A stretch of 64,000 nt of DNA. It comes from Mobula birostris (taxonomy: Eukaryota). A model generated the notes under the pieces. That model was not told where the DNA came from. It saw nothing but the letters and a program-made list of their open reading frames with translations, and ran no database searches. Positions within the stretch are counted from its first letter, which is position 1. Each line of letters begins with the position of its first letter. The position numbers and the translations under genes were made by a program. The stretch spans positions 4,903,079 through 4,967,078 of the forward strand of contig NC_092377.1 of NCBI RefSeq assembly GCF_030028105.1, written 5' to 3'. Positions 1 through 14,149 of this stretch are shown here, one piece after another.

Positions 1-656
1 GGAGTACTATGCAGAGGCAACAGGTACTCTCCCATGTTGGTCCGACGCAGAGTTTCGATGGGAAACCCACCCTACAAAAGAGAGGTACGGCCTAGTGGAG
101 CAGTCGCCATGGGAGCGGCTGTCGTTGGACTAGTCTGAGGTAGGGTTATGAGGCTTTGGCTGAACAAGGCTTTGGCGAGAGCAACCAGAGGCAATGTAAG
201 TATGTAAGTTCATTCCTTATTTCTTATCTAAATCTTGAGAGAATAGGGGCATGTCCACAGAGCAAGTGTTCTGTTCTCGGTGTCAGATTTGGGATTTCCA
301 GCCTCCCCGATGGCTACATCTGCACAAGGTGCATCAAGATGCAGCTCCTGAGAGACCGTGTTGGGGAACTGGAGCTGCAGCTCGATGACTTTCGGCTTGT
401 TAGGGAAAGTGAAGCAGTGATAGACAGGAGATACAGGGAGGTTGTCTCCCCAAGGCTACAGGAGACAGAGAAATGGGTGACTGTCAGGAGAGGGAAGGGG
501 GAACATCAAATAGCGCAGAGCACCCCTGTGGCTGTACCCCTCAACGATAAGTACACCATTTTGAGTATTGTTCTGGATGGGGGAATGACCTATCTGTGAG
601 AAGCAACAGTGCCCATGATTCCGGTACTGAGTCTGCTCCTGTAGCTCAGAAGTGTA

Positions 657-1336
657 TGTTACAAACTTGTAACGTTTTAGAAACAAACCATCAGCAAGAG
701 ATTTCACACTGAGTCAGGTTTTAATGTTAAAACCACTATCTTTATTAGTATCTGCTTATCATATAGTAACCTAAACAAAATAAACAGAAGTTAACAGTGT
801 TATGCGTGTATCCATGTGTAAGTATAGCTCCCAAGCTATTGAGTTGGGGGGAACAAGGCTTAGAGTCTTGAGATGGTAAAATAGTGAAGTTCGATAATCC
901 ACGGAACACATGATGGGAGAGAGATATTTGTAATCCAGGGTGAAACATAGAGAAAAGGTAAGTACAAAGTACTCCACAGTTTCCACGTCAGGTTAAATGA
1001 GATAACAGTCGCCGTAGATCTTGCCCGTCGTGACGTTCCAAATCCACATACAACTTATCACTGAAAGTGACCTGTCACAGGAACATTGCCTTCCAGTGGT
1101 TTTCACACAACACACCCAGGTAAGGGCTACACAAGTGGTCCCATAAGATATCCCAAAAGTCCACTTCTACGGATTATACGAAGTGACAGTCACACATTCA
1201 TTGTGCCCAGTATCGTCGATTAACCCAATCTTTTGGGTAATGGGAAAGCTTTAGACTTCACCCATTCTGGAGAAAACTTGCCCTGGCAGTTCGTAGTTCC
1301 AAGTCATGCAAAGACTGCAAGAGTAACTGTTCTCTC

Positions 1337-1379
<43 letters not shown>

Positions 1380-1566
1380 GTGTAAAAATCTGAAGCAAAC
1401 TCCTTCAACCTGTGACTGACGTCATAGTCCCACCTCACTCGGGCGCCTAAAGCGACAGTCCACACCTGCTGGTTTGTAACAGGTAGGTACCTGAAGAGGA
1501 TGGCAGCAGTAATAGGCAACTCTAAAGGGAGACAGTAGGCAAGTCTGTGGACACAAAAAAGAAACA
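657..1566 (-). mobile_element. Solo LTR (Gypsy/ERV-type), about 910 bp, inserted in CR1 ORF1
   Basis: TG...CA ends (TGTTAC...GAAACA) flanked by TGTA at 653-656 and 1567-1570 (4-bp TSD). AATAAA on the minus strand near 745. No coding sequence. Confidence 0.65.
1340..1375. repeat. (CT)n microsatellite inside the solo LTR
   Basis: Direct dinucleotide run. Confidence 0.95.
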
Positions 1567-3214
1567 TGTATGGTAGATTGCCTCCTAAGTGCCAGGGTCC
1601 AAGACGTTTCTTGACACGTCCACATTATCGTGAAAATTGAGGGTGAGCAGCCAGAAGTGTTGGTTCATATTGAACCAACAACATAAGTGGGAAAAGGGAT
1701 GAGGTCCTGAATACAGGGAGTTAGGAAAGAAGCTGAGAAACAGGAACTCAAAGGTAGTAATCTCGGGATTGCTGTCGGTGCTATGCGTCAGTGAGGATAG
1801 GAATAGAATGAGGTGCCAGATAAACGTGTTGTTGAAGAATTGAAGCAAGTGGAATGGATTCAGAATTCTGGATAATCAGGACCACTTCTAGGGGAGATGA
1901 GACCTGTACAAAAGGAATGGGTTGCACTTGAATACAAGGGTGACCAATATTCTAACAGGCAGGTTCACTAGAGCTGTTGGAGGTGGTTTAAACTAATCTG
2001 ACAGGGGGTTGGGAACCAGTATGATAGAGCTGAGGATGAGCCAGCAGGTTCACATGTAGATGATGGGTGTAACATGAATGTAAGGAAGGACAAGCCAATG
2101 GTTGGGTACAAAGGCAGACACAGCAAAGAGTTAAATTGTACCACAGAAGCAAAATTCATAAGGGCAGAGAATGTAGGGTTGAAGATGCTGTATTTAAATG
2201 TATGTAGCATTCGAAATAAAGTGAACAAAATCATGGCGCAATTAGAGATTGGTTGGTAAGACATTGTGGGCATCATTCAGTTGTGGCTGAAAGGCCATAA
2301 TTGGGAGCTTAGCATCAAAGTATGTACTTTGTATCAAAAGGACAGGCAGGAGGGCATAGGCAGTGGTGTGGCTCTATTGGTAAGAGATGGAATAATATCT
2401 TTAGAAAGAGGTGATACTGGGTCCGAAAATTTTAAATTTTTATGGGTGGAGTCAAGAAACTGCAACTGTGAAAAAATATGGGAATCATATATAGGCCACC
2501 AAATAGTAGTCAAGATGTGGGGTTAAGATTGCAAAGAGAGCTGGAAAAGGCATGGAATAAGGGTAACCTTATTAACAGCACCCTGTTGTGTGCTGGGGCA
2601 GCAGGCTGAGGGTAGCAGACGCTAACAGAATGAACAAACTCATTCATAAGGCCAGTGATGTTGTGGGGATGGAACTGGACTCTCTCACGGTGGTGTGTGA
2701 AAAGAGGATGCTGTCTAAGTTGCATGCCATCTTGGACAATGTCTCACATCCAGTACATAATGTACTGGTTGGGTACAGGAGTACATTCACTATGACAATG
2801 ACTATGACTAATGACACAATTCTGATGGGGAACTTCAGTACACATGGTGATTGGGAAAATCAGGTTGGTGTCGAAGCGCAAAAGAGGGAATTTGTTGAAT
2901 GTCTACAAGATGGCTTTTTTTAGAGCATCTTCTGCCTGATCCTACTTGGAGAAAGACTGCCTTAGATTAGATTTTATTAGGGAGCCTTAGCAGGCAGCAA
3001 GCATAACATGACTGAATTCATCTTGCAATTTGAGAAGGAGAAGCATAAGTCAGATGTATCAGTATAATAGAATAAAGGGAATTACAGAGGTATGAGGGAG
3101 GAGCTTCCCAGGTGGATTGGAGGAAGATACTGACAGAGACAATGGCAGAGCAGAAATGGCTGAAGTGTCTGCAAATCACTTCACAAGGCACAGGATAGAT
3201 ATGCCAACTAGGTT

Positions 3215-3740
3215 TACAGGAGTGAAATATGCCAAGTAGTGGAATGGTGCCATAGCAACAACCTGGCACTCAATGTCAGTAAGACGAAAGAGCTGACTGT
3301 GGACTTCAGGAAGGGTAAGACGAAGGAACACATACCAATCCTCATAGAGGGATCAGAAGTGGAGAGAGTGAGCAGCTTCAAGTTCCTGGGTGTCAAGATC
3401 TCTGAGGATCTAACCTGGTTCCAACATATCGATGAAATTGTAATGAAGACAAGACAGCAGTTATACTTTATTAGAAGCTTGAAAAAATTTGGTGTGTCAA
3501 CAAATACACTAAAAAACTTCTATAGTTGTACCATGGAGAGCATTCTGACAGGCTGCATCACTGTCTGGTATGGAGAGGTTACTGCACAGGACCAAAAGAA
3601 GCTGCAGAAGGTTGTAAATCTAGGGAGCTCCATCTTGGACACGAGCCTACAAAGTACCCAGGACATCTTTAAGCTGCAGTATCTCAGAAAAGCAGCATCC
3701 ATTATTAAGGACCTCCAGCACCCCGGGTATGCACGCTTAA
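3215..3740 (+). mobile_element. Rex1/Babar-type LINE RT C-terminal fragment
   Basis: ORF 3239-3748: WCxxNNLALNVSKTKELTVDFRK...FKFLGVKI...LYFIRSLKKFG...MESILTGCITVWYG. A related 3' fragment lies at about 5190-5500. Confidence 0.65.
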
Positions 3741-3769
3741 GACCATAAGATTTAGAGGAGATGACTGGG

Positions 3770-5100
3770 GCTGCCAAAGAGCCTGAGCAGCATCGCACTC
3801 TATGGACACCGCAACAAACTGCAACTGCCCTTCAAATCCTTGGAGGAAGAATTCAAGGCAACAAGAGCCAGAGAAGTGCTACAGTAAAGGGACTCTCAAG
3901 TGATCCGAAGGTGGGATCCAAGTAAATACTGGCAGGAAGTGGAGGGCAGAGGAAGCTCGTTCAGGAGGCAGAGGTGAGGCTGCGTCACAGGAGGCTGGTG
4001 GGAGTGGCCACACGAGGCCGAGCTGGGCTAGGATCCTTTCCAACTCCCCAAATGGACACCAGAGGGAAGGAAAGGTGTCGTCTAGTTCAGGAGGAGGTGA
4101 CAGCGGTAGTGGAGGAGATGAGAGCCTGCAAGGCGGTGGGAATGAAGCAACAGGGAGCTTGGACAAGATGGGAGAATGCGGTTGAGAGGAAAGTGACCTG
4201 GGCTGAGCTTTAGAAAGCCGAACCACACTGCATCCAATTTCTCATCCAGGCAGTGTACGATGTGCTTCCAAGCCCATCAAACCTGCACGCATGGGGCAAG
4301 GCAGAGTCATCTGCGTGCCCACTGTGCTCCAAGCGAGGAACCCTGGAGCACATCCTCAGCGGCTGTGCAAGGGCACTTGGTGAGGGACGGTACAGGTGGA
4401 GGCATGATCAGGTCCTGAAGACCATCGCTGAAGCCGTCAGCACAGGAGCTGAGTGGGCGAAGCAGTCCCGACCCTCCAAGCAGACCATTGCCTTTGTCAG
4501 AGCTGGGGAGCAGCCAATACGTGCTAAAAGAACATCTGCAGGCATTCTGACCTCTGCAAGGGACTGGCAGCTGTTGGTAGACCTCAAATGGCAGCTGAAG
4601 TTCCCCAACCATATCGCAGCCACCACCCTGCGACCAGACATTGTCCTAGTGTCTGAGTCTACTAAGCAGGGGTGCTGCTGGAGCTGACAGTCCCATGGGA
4701 AGATTGCTTGGAAGAGGCCTTTGAAAGGAAGCTCTCCAAGTACTCAGGACTGGTCAGCAACTGTCAGCAAGCTGGATGGAGTGTCTCCCAGTGGAGGTTG
4801 GTTGTAGGCGATTTGCAGCCCATTCCTTACTTAGAGCCTTCAGCATTTTGGGCATCGAGGGAGAGAGGAAGAGGAGAGCCATCCACAGTACCACCGATGT
4901 GGCAGAGAGGGCCTCAAGATGGCTGTGGCTCAAAAGAGTGGAGCCATGGAGTCATAAGTAGCTAGCCATCTGGACACAAGCTGGGGTCTGATCAGCCCCA
5001 GCTGGGTTACCTGGAGGAGGTTGTATGATGTTGAAAGACCCGAAACACCCGATGATTCCAGGAACATCACTGAAGATGAGTCCAGAAGCATCAGTAGATG
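3770..5100 (+). mobile_element. HERO/R2-group non-LTR retrotransposon 3' fragment with restriction-like endonuclease
   Basis: Frameshifted ORFs 3974-4965 carry RGRAGLG, the zinc knuckle CPLC...TLEHILSGC, RHDQVL, RPDIV and ELTVPWE (RLE catalytic motifs). Confidence 0.75.
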
Positions 5101-5999
5101 TATGTACACAGCAGGAGCAGAAGCAGGCTCCTAAATGGACATTTAGGAATCAGATGAGAAAAGTCCATGTCCCAACCCCATCCTCACCACATTCTACAGA
5201 GGTTGTATCGAGAGCATCCTGAGCAGCTGCATCACTGCCTGGTTCGGAAATTGCACCATCTCAGGTCACAAGACCCTGCAGCGGGCAGTGAAGTCAGCTG
5301 AGAAGATCATCGGAGTCTCTCTTCCTACCATTAGAGACATTTACACCACACGCTGCATCCGCAAAGCAAACAGCATTATGAAGGACCCTACGCACCCCCT
5401 CATACAAACTCTTCTCCCTCCTGCCATCTGGCAAAAGGCACCGAAGTATTTGGGCTCTCACGACCAGACTACATAACAGTTTCTTCCCCCGTCATCAGAT
5501 TCCTCAATACCCAGAGCCTGGACTGATATCAATCTACTGCCCTCTACTGTGCCTATTGTCTTGTTTATTATTTATTGTAATGCCTGCACTGTTTTGTGCA
5601 CTTTATGCAGTCCTGGGTAGGTCCGTAGTCTGGTGTAGTTTTGTGTTGTTTTTTACGTAGTTCAGTGTGGTTTTTGTCTTGTTCATGTAGCACCATGGTC
5701 CTGAAAAACATTTTCTCATTTTTACTGTGTACTGTACCAGCAGTTATGGTCGAAATGACAATAAAAAGTGACTTGACTTGAAATTGAATCTTTGGACACA
5801 ACCTCACATTTTTTTTTAATATACAGAATTTCTATTTTTGCATGTTTATAAAAATCTATTCAATATATGTAATTGATTTACTTGTTTATTTATTATTAGT
5901 ATTATTTTTATTTTATTTTTTTCTTTGCTAGATTATGTATGCTGGTGCTAAGTTAACAAATTTCACGTCACATGCCGGTGATAATAAACCTGATTCTGA

Positions 6000-8900
6000 T
6001 TCCCACAGAGGAAGATCTTCCCAAATGGCCGGGATAGGCATCTGTGGTTGACAAATGAAGTTAAGAATTGCATAAAAGCCAAGGGAAGGGCATATAAGGT
6101 AGCAAAAGTGAATGGGAAGTTGGATGATTGGGAAGCTTTCAAAATCCGATAAAAAGCATGTAAAAAGTTATAAGAAGGGGAAACATGAAATATGAGGGCA
6201 GATAAGCTATTAATATAAAGCAGAATACCAAAAGTTTTTTCAGTTATATAAAAAGTAAAAGGGAGGTGAGAGTTGATATTGGACCACTGGAAAACGATGC
6301 TGGTGAGGTGGTAATGGGGTACAAAGATACGGCAGATGAACTTAACAGATACTTTGCATCTGTCTTCATTGTGGAAAACACTAGCAATGTGCCAGAGGTC
6401 CTTTGATGTCAGGGTGCAGGAGTGAGTGCCATTGCTATTACATAGGAAAAACTGCTCAACAGGCTCAAAGGCCTTAAAGTGGATAAGTCACCTAGTCTAC
6501 ATCCCCGAGTCCTGAGAGAGGTTGCTGAAGAGATAATGGATGATTTTTCGAGGATTGCTTGATTCTGGCATGGTCCCAGAGGACTGGAAGATTGCAAATG
6601 CCACTACATTCTTTAGAAGCAAGGAAGGCCAGAGAAGGGAAATTATAGGCCAGTTATCTGAACCGCAATGGCTGGGAAAGTGTTGGAGCCCATTATTAAC
6701 GATGAAGTTTCGAAGTACCTGGAGACCAGTGATAAAATAAGTCAAAGTCAGCATGATTTCGTCAAAGGGAAATCTTACCTGACTGATCTATTAGAGTTAT
6801 TCAAGGAAGTAACAAGCAGGGTGGACAATGAAGAGATAGTAGATGTCATTTACTTGGATTTTCAGAAGGCGTTTGATAAGGTGCCACTCATGAGGCTGCT
6901 AAACAAGATAAAATCCTATGGTGTTACAGGAAAGATACTGGCATGGATGGCGGAATGGTTGACAAGCAGGAAGCAGTGAAAGGGAATAAAAGGGGCCTTT
7001 TCTTGTTTGCTGCTAGTGACTGGTGGAGTTCCTCAGGGGTCAATATTGGGACCACTGATTTTCACATTGTTTGTCAGTGATTTCAATAATGGAATTGATG
7101 GTTTGTGGCAGTTTGCAGATGAAACAAAGATAAGAGAAACATAGAAACATAGAAAATAGGTGCAGGAGTAGGCCATTTGGCCCTTCGAGCCTGCACCGCC
7201 ATTTATTATGATCATGGCTGATCATCCAATTCAGAACCCCGCCCCAGCCTTCCCTCCATACCCCCTGACCCCCGTAGCCACAAGGGCCATATCTAACTCC
7301 CTCTTAAATATAGCCAATGAACTGGCCTCAACTGTTTCCTGTGGCAGAGAATTCCACAGATTCACCACTCTCTGTGTGAAGAAGTTTTTCCTAATCTTGG
7401 TCCTAAAAGGCTTCCCCTCTATCCTCAAACTGTGGTCCCTCGTTCTGGACTTCCCCAACATCGAGAACAATCTTCCTGCATCTAGCCTGTCCAATCCCTT
7501 TAGGATCTTATACGTTTCAATCAGATCCCCCCTCAATCTTCTAAATTCCAATGAGTACAAGCCCAGTTCATCCAGTCTTTCTTCATATGAGAAGGGGTAG
7601 TTAATGCTGAGGAAGCAATGTGATTGCAGTAGGACTTAGACAAATTGGAAGAATTGGCAAGAAAGAGGCAGATGGACTATTTGTTGAGAAATGTATGATA
7701 ATGCATTGGTAAAAGAAAATGTCATGTGCACAATTATCTAAATGAAGTGAAGGTTCAAACAACAGAGATGCAGAGGGACTTCGGAGTCCTTGTGTAAGAC
7801 TCCCAGAAGGTTAATTTACAGGTTGAGTCTGAGGTAAAGAAGGCAAATGCAATACTGGCATTTATTTCCAGGGGAATAGCATATAAAAGCAAAGAGATAA
7901 TGCTGAAATTTTATGAGATATCAGTCAGTTTGCACTTGGAGTTTTGTCACCAGTTTTGGACTCCATATCTCAGAATGGATGTGTTGTCTTTGGAGAAAGT
8001 GCAGAGGAGGTTCTCAAAGATTATTCTGGGAATGAAGGGGTTAACACATGAGGAGCACTTGACTGGCTTGGGCATGTCCACACTGGAATTTAGAAGAATG
8101 CAGGGGGATCTCATTGAAACCTACCAAATGTTGAAAGGACTGGACAGGGTGGATGCAGAGAGGAGGATTGCTATGGTGGGTTTATCCAGAAGCAGAGGGT
8201 GCAGCCTCAAAATTGAGGGGTGTCCTTTTCGAACAGAGGTAAGGAGGAATTATTTTAGCCAGGGAGTGGCGAATCTGTGGAATGCTATGCCACAGACTGT
8301 GGTGGAGGCCTAGTGGAAGTTGATAGTTTCCTGACCGGTCAGCTCATCAAAGGATGCCGAGAAGGCAGGTATATAGGGTTGAGTGGAATCCAGGGTCAGC
8401 TATGATGGAATGGCAAAGTAGTCTCGATGGGCTGAATGGCCGAATTCTGCTCCTACATCTTATGCTCCTTGCTGGAAAGTTTTAAATTGGCGTGGGGCAA
8501 ATTACGAGGGCATTTGGCAGGAACTAAGAAGCATTAATTGTGAACACCTTTTAACTGGGAAGTCCACATCAGACGTGTGGAGGGTGCTTAAAGATCAATT
8601 GCACGGGATACAAGAAAGATATCTTCCTGTTGGAAGGCAGGATGACTATGGAAAGATAAAAAGAACTTTGGATGTCCAGAGAGGTGATAAACTTCGTCAA
8701 GAAGTAAAAAGAAAAGTTTGTAAAGCTTCGGAAATTGGGATCATACAAAGCACAGAAGAAGTATAAAGAAGCCAGAGTAGAACTGAAGAGGGGAATTAGG
8801 AAGGCTAGCAGTGGCTAGCTCCATGAAAAGTCAGTGGCAAGTTGGATTAAGGTGAGTCCCAAGGCATTCTATATATACATCAAGATCAAGAGGATAACTA

Positions 8901-11900
8901 GGGAGAGGGTGGAACCACTCAAAAAAACAGGTGGCAACATTTGCTTGGATACAGAAAACGTGAGTGAGGTACTTAATGAGAACTTTGCTTCAGTATTTAC
9001 CAAGGAAAAGGATATAGAGGACCAGCAGATCAATGCTGAGTGTATGAATACGTTATAGCATTTAGAGGCCAAGGAGGAGGAAGTGTTGGGCCTCCTAAGG
9101 AGTATTAAGGTGGATCGATCTCTGGGGCCTGATGCGGTTTACCCCAGGTTATTGAAGGAGGCAAGAGACAAGATTTCTGGGTCCTTGACCAGTATCTTCA
9201 TGTCCTCCCTTGCCACAGTCGAGATCCTGGAGGACTGGAAAGCGACTAATGTTGTACTTCTATTTAAGAAGGGAACAAGAAAATATCCTGGGAACCATAG
9301 ACTGGTAAATCTCAAATCAGTTGTTGGGAAATCCTCAGGGAAAGGATATATGATCATTTGGAAATGCATGGCCTAATTCAAAAGAGCCAGCTTGGCTTTG
9401 GGCATGGCAGGTCATGCCTTACAAACTTGATTATGCTTTTTTACAAGGTTGGGAGAGAGATTGATGAGGGTAGGGCAGTGGATGTTGTCCACATGGATTT
9501 TAATAAGGTGTTTGACAAAGGCCTTCATGGGAGGCTACTCCAGAAGATTAAGATCATAAGATTCATGGGAAATTTACTGTTTGGATCCAGAGCTGGTTTG
9601 CACATCGACAATAGAGGGTAGTGGCTGACTGGACTTACCTGAGCTGGAGGCCAGTAATTAGTGATGTTCTATATGGATCTGCCTTGAGACTTCTGTTGTT
9701 TGTGATGTATATTAATGATCCAGCTGAAAATGTAGATGGGTGTGATAGTAAGTTTGTGGATGACACAAAGATTGGTGGAGTGGTCAATAATGGAGAAGAC
9801 TGGCAAAGAATATAGTACCATATAGATTAGTTGAAGATCTGGGCTGAGAAATGGCAGATGGAGTTTAACCCAGATAAATGTGAGGTGTTGTACCTCAGTA
9901 GAGCAAATGCAAAGACACAGTACACTGTTAATTGCAAGCTCCTTAACAGTGTTGCTGAGCAGAGAGATCTTGGGATCCAAGTTCATAACCCCTTGGAAGT
10001 GGCTTCACAGGTCAAGAATGTGGTTAAGAAGGCTTATGGGATGCTTGCTTTTATTGGTTGAGGCACTGCATTCAAAAACCAGGAGGTTATGTTGCAACTT
10101 TATCCTTGGGCTTCACCTGAAGTATTGCGGACAGTTCTGATCGCCCCACTATAGGTAGGATCTTGAAGCTTTGGAGAGGGTGCAGAAGTTGTTTACCAGG
10201 ATGCTGCCTGGTTTGGAGGGCATGTGTTATCTCAAGGGGCTGGATAAACTTGGGTTATTTTCTCTGGAGCTTCGGAAACTGAGGAGAGATCCGACGGTTT
10301 ACAAGATTATGAGAGATGAAAGGTGAGTAGCTGTTTCCCAGGATAGAAACGAGAGCTTTTGTTGAAGATGAGATGGGGTAGGTTCAATGGGGACGTGAGG
10401 GGTAAGTGTTTTACTCAGAGTCCTGGATACCTGGAATGTGCTGCATGGTATGGTGGTAGAGGCAAATATATTAGAGGGTTTTAAGAGACATTTGGATAGG
10501 TACATGGGTGCAAGGAAAATGGAGGAATATGGACATGGTGTAAGTAGGAGAGATTAGTGTTTGGGTGTTTTTGATTTGCTATTTAGCTGGTTCAGCCCAA
10601 CATTGTGGGCAGAATGGCCTTTTGCTGTGTTGTTCTGTTTTGTATTCTATGTTCTATGTAGAGATTGACAGGTATGATGTTGTGGTCTTCACTGAGCTGT
10701 GGCTGAAAGAAGATCATAGTAGGGGGCTTATTGGTTAAGAATGAAGTCAAATCCTTAGAAAAAGGTGACAGAGAATGGAAAGGTACAGAGTACTTTTGGA
10801 CAGAGTTAAGAAATGACAAGAGTTAAAAGATGCTGATGGGAGCTATATTCAGGCTTCCAAACAACAGACATAATGTGGACTACAAATTACAATGGGAGAT
10901 AGAAAAGGCATGCCAAAAGGACAATGTTGCGATAATCATGGTGGATTTTATTATGCAGGTAGATTGGGAAAATTAGGTTGGTGCTTGATCCCAAAGAGTG
11001 AACTTATAGAATGCCTCTGAGATAACTTTCCAGAGCAGCTTTGGTTGAGCCCACTGGGGGAATGGTAGTCTGAAGTGGGTGTTCTGTAATGACCAAGATT
11101 TGATTAGGAAGCTTAAGGTAAAATAACCCTTAGGAGACAGTGATCATAAAATGAGAGAATTGCCCTGCAGCTTGAGCAGGAGAAGCTAAGGTCAGGTTTT
11201 TCAGTGTTACAGTGGAATAAAGGGAATTACAGAGGCATGAGAGAGGAGTTGGCTAAAGTTGATTGGAAGGGTACACTAGCAGGGCTGACAACAGTAGCGA
11301 TGGCTAGTGTTTCTGGGGGAAATTTGGAATGTAAAGATACATCCCAAAGGCAACTATGGCTGACAAGGGAAATCAAAGACAGCATAATTGCAGAAGAGAG
11401 GACATATAATAGAGCAAATCTCAGCGAGAAGGAAAAGGATTGGGAAGCTTTTAAAAGTCAACAGAAGACAACTAAAAATCCATAAAGAGAAAAGATGAAA
11501 TATGAAAGTAAGCTAGCTGATAATATAAAAGGGTATACAGGAGATTTCCAGATATATAGAGAGTAAAAGAGAGGCTAGAGTGGATATCAGTCTATGGGAA
11601 AATGGTGATGGAGGGATAGTAATGGGGGACAAAGAAATGGCAGACAAACTTATAATTTATTTGGCTTTCCTCTTTACTGTGGAAGACTAGCAGGAAGCCA
11701 GAACTGCTTGACTGTCAGGGGGTAGAGGTGAATGCCATTGTCATTAAGGAGAAGAAGGTGCTGTGAGGGGGGGGAGCTGAAAATTCCAAAGGTACTGTAG
11801 ATAAATCACCTGTACTGGATGAATTACACCCCAGGTCTCTGAAAGAGGTGGCTGAAGAGATTCTGGAGGTATTAGTAATTATCTTCTAGGAATCTCTAGA

Positions 11901-13350
11901 TTCTGGAAGGTTCATGAGGCTGCAAAATTGCAAATGTCACTCCAGTCTTTCAGAGGGGAGAAAGGCTGAAGAAAGGAAATTATAAGTCTGTTCACCTCAT
12001 CTGAGTAGTTGGAAATGTTCTGGAGCCTGTTATTAAGAATGAGGTTACTAATCCTGAATCATTTACCTCATCCTGAATAAAAGACACATGATAAAACAGG
12101 CCAAAGTCAGCATGGTTTTCTGGAGGAAAAATCTTACCTGACAAATCTGTTGGAATTCTTTGAGGAAATAACATTCAGGGCAGACAAAGAAGGGTCAGTG
12201 GATGTTGTTTACTTGAATTTTCAGGCCTTTGACAAGTTATCGCACATGACACTTAACAGGATAAAAACCCATGGTATTACAGGAAAGATACAAGCATGGA
12301 GAGAAGACTGGATGAATGACAGCAGGCAAAGAGTGGGAATAAGGGACCTTTTCTAGGATGCTGCCAGTGACTAGTGATGTTCCACAGAGGTCACTGTTGG
12401 GACTGCTTTTTGCGTTATTTATCAATGATTTGATTAATGGAATTGATGGCTTTGTGGCCACGTTTGTGGATGATACAAAGACAGGCACAGGAGCAGGTAG
12501 TATTGAGAAATGCAGGGTATCTGCAGAAGGACTTAGACAGCTGGGGAAAAGAAGCCACTTCTTTTATCTCCACAAAGAAGTGGCAGATGGAATACAATGT
12601 GCATGGTCATGCACTTTGACAGAAGGAATAAAGGCATGGACTATTTTGTAAATGAGGAGAAAATTCAAAAATCAGAGACGTAGAGAGACTTGGGAGTCAT
12701 TGAGGAGGATTCCCTGAAGGTTAACTTGCAGGTTGCACATTCATCTTGAGAGGAGATGAATACAAAACCACGGATACAATGCTGATGCTTTATGGGGCAC
12801 TGGTCAGACCACACTTGGAATATTGTGAGCAGTTTTGGGACCCCTGTCTAATAAAGAATGTTCTGGCATTGGAGGAAATCCAGAGGAGATTCACAAGAAT
12901 GATCTCAGGAATGAAAGGATTAATGTATGAGGAGCATGTGATGTTTCTGTGCCTTTACTCACTGGAACTTAGACAAATGAGGGAGATATCTCATTGAAAC
13001 CTATCGAATATTGAAAGGTCTGGATAAAGTAGATGTGGAGAGGATGCTTCCTGTAATGGTGGAGTCCAGGACCAGAGGGCACAGCCTCATCCATTTTGAA
13101 CACAGATGAGGAGGAATTTCTTTAGCTAGAGGATGGTGAATCTGTGGAATTCATTGCCATAGGCGACTGTGGAGACCAAGACATTGGGATATTAGAAGTG
13201 GAGGTTGATAGGTTGTTGATTAGTAAGGGCATCAAAGATTACAAGGAGAATGGGATTGATCGGGGTAATAAATTAGTCATGATGGAATGTTGGAGCAAAC
13301 TCGATGGGCCAAATGGCATAATTCTATTCCTTGGTCTTATGGTCTTATGA
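6000..13350 (+). mobile_element. Run of at least three decayed CR1 ORF2 copies
   Basis: Repeated CR1 RT motifs in broken frames: [53 protein letters not shown], NFFxQRV. Confidence 0.85.
7135..7590 (-). mobile_element. Young 5'-truncated CR1 3' end inserted into an older CR1
   Basis: ORF 7231-7560 differs at only about 5 residues from the C-terminus of the 15048-17330 copy. Same 3'UTR and (TTTCTATG)n tail. Confidence 0.9.
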
Positions 13351-14149
13351 GAATATGAAACCATTTCTCAGACAGTTGTAACGATGTTCAATACAAGGAG
13401 GGTTGAAGCCAGCACAACATTAAGAATTTTAAATCGGTGGGTGGAGCCAATGTAGGTCAAAGAGGACCGGGTGAAAGTGATTAGATTTAAGGTCCAATGT
13501 GTTGTGCTGTAAATGAGTCCTCTGGGCCTGTGCACTGTGTGATGCACCAGAGAGTGTTGGGCTCGCAGGTTTTTAGAGCTCCAATGTGGTCTGCTGTAAT
13601 GAGTTCTCTGAGCATGTGCAATGTGCCAGAGTTGGACTCTGAGGTTTACAGAGTTCCTGAGTTTGATTAGTTGTTGCTTAATGAGAATAATTAAAAATAT
13701 AGAGTTCCTTGTGTTTACCTCAAGCAACTCACTCTTTGTAATGCGTTTTCCTGGTGCTTTCTGTTTTTTTACTTGTTAAATTTACTTAGATCAGCTCAGA
13801 GATTCTGTATTACTTTTATGATTTAAGTGGATGCCTGTTTAGTGCTGATTGCATGGTCCTGGTTTAGAGAATGTCACTTCTCACTGTGTTGTTCAGCCGA
13901 GCTCTGATGTTTTTTTGGAATTATTGTGAATAACCTATGGTCACTGTCTCTACATTAGTGTCTCTCTTTCCTCTACGCTTGGATTCTGATATTGCCAGTG
14001 CACTTTGTGACAGAAGGACTGTGTCATGTAATGGAGGCTGAACAGCAGTGTTTTGACATCAGTGCCTGGAGGCGAGACTGCCTTCTATTCTCAGTAAATG
14101 TACTGAGTCTATGTTGCAAATGTCCCCAGTCTATGCTCAGAGTGTACAT

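Larger units (their letters stand above)
1..2950 (+). mobile_element. CR1 LINE, 5' part (5'UTR, ORF1, start of ORF2 endonuclease), decayed and interrupted
   Basis: ORF 156-599 has the CR1 ORF1 pattern (CxxC...QLLRDRVxELELQLD...WVTVRRGKG...VPLNxKY). The ORF1 remainder resumes after 1570. Endonuclease remnants follow (YLNVCSIRNK, DRQEGIGSGVALLVR, MGNFS). Confidence 0.8.

Noticed and set aside
5030-5095. GAAAC...CTGAAGA in the HERO 3' end as a type II hammerhead
   Set aside because: Helix II does not pair (AGACCC vs TGAGTC), and an alternative TGATGTT/AACATCA hairpin explains the structure better.
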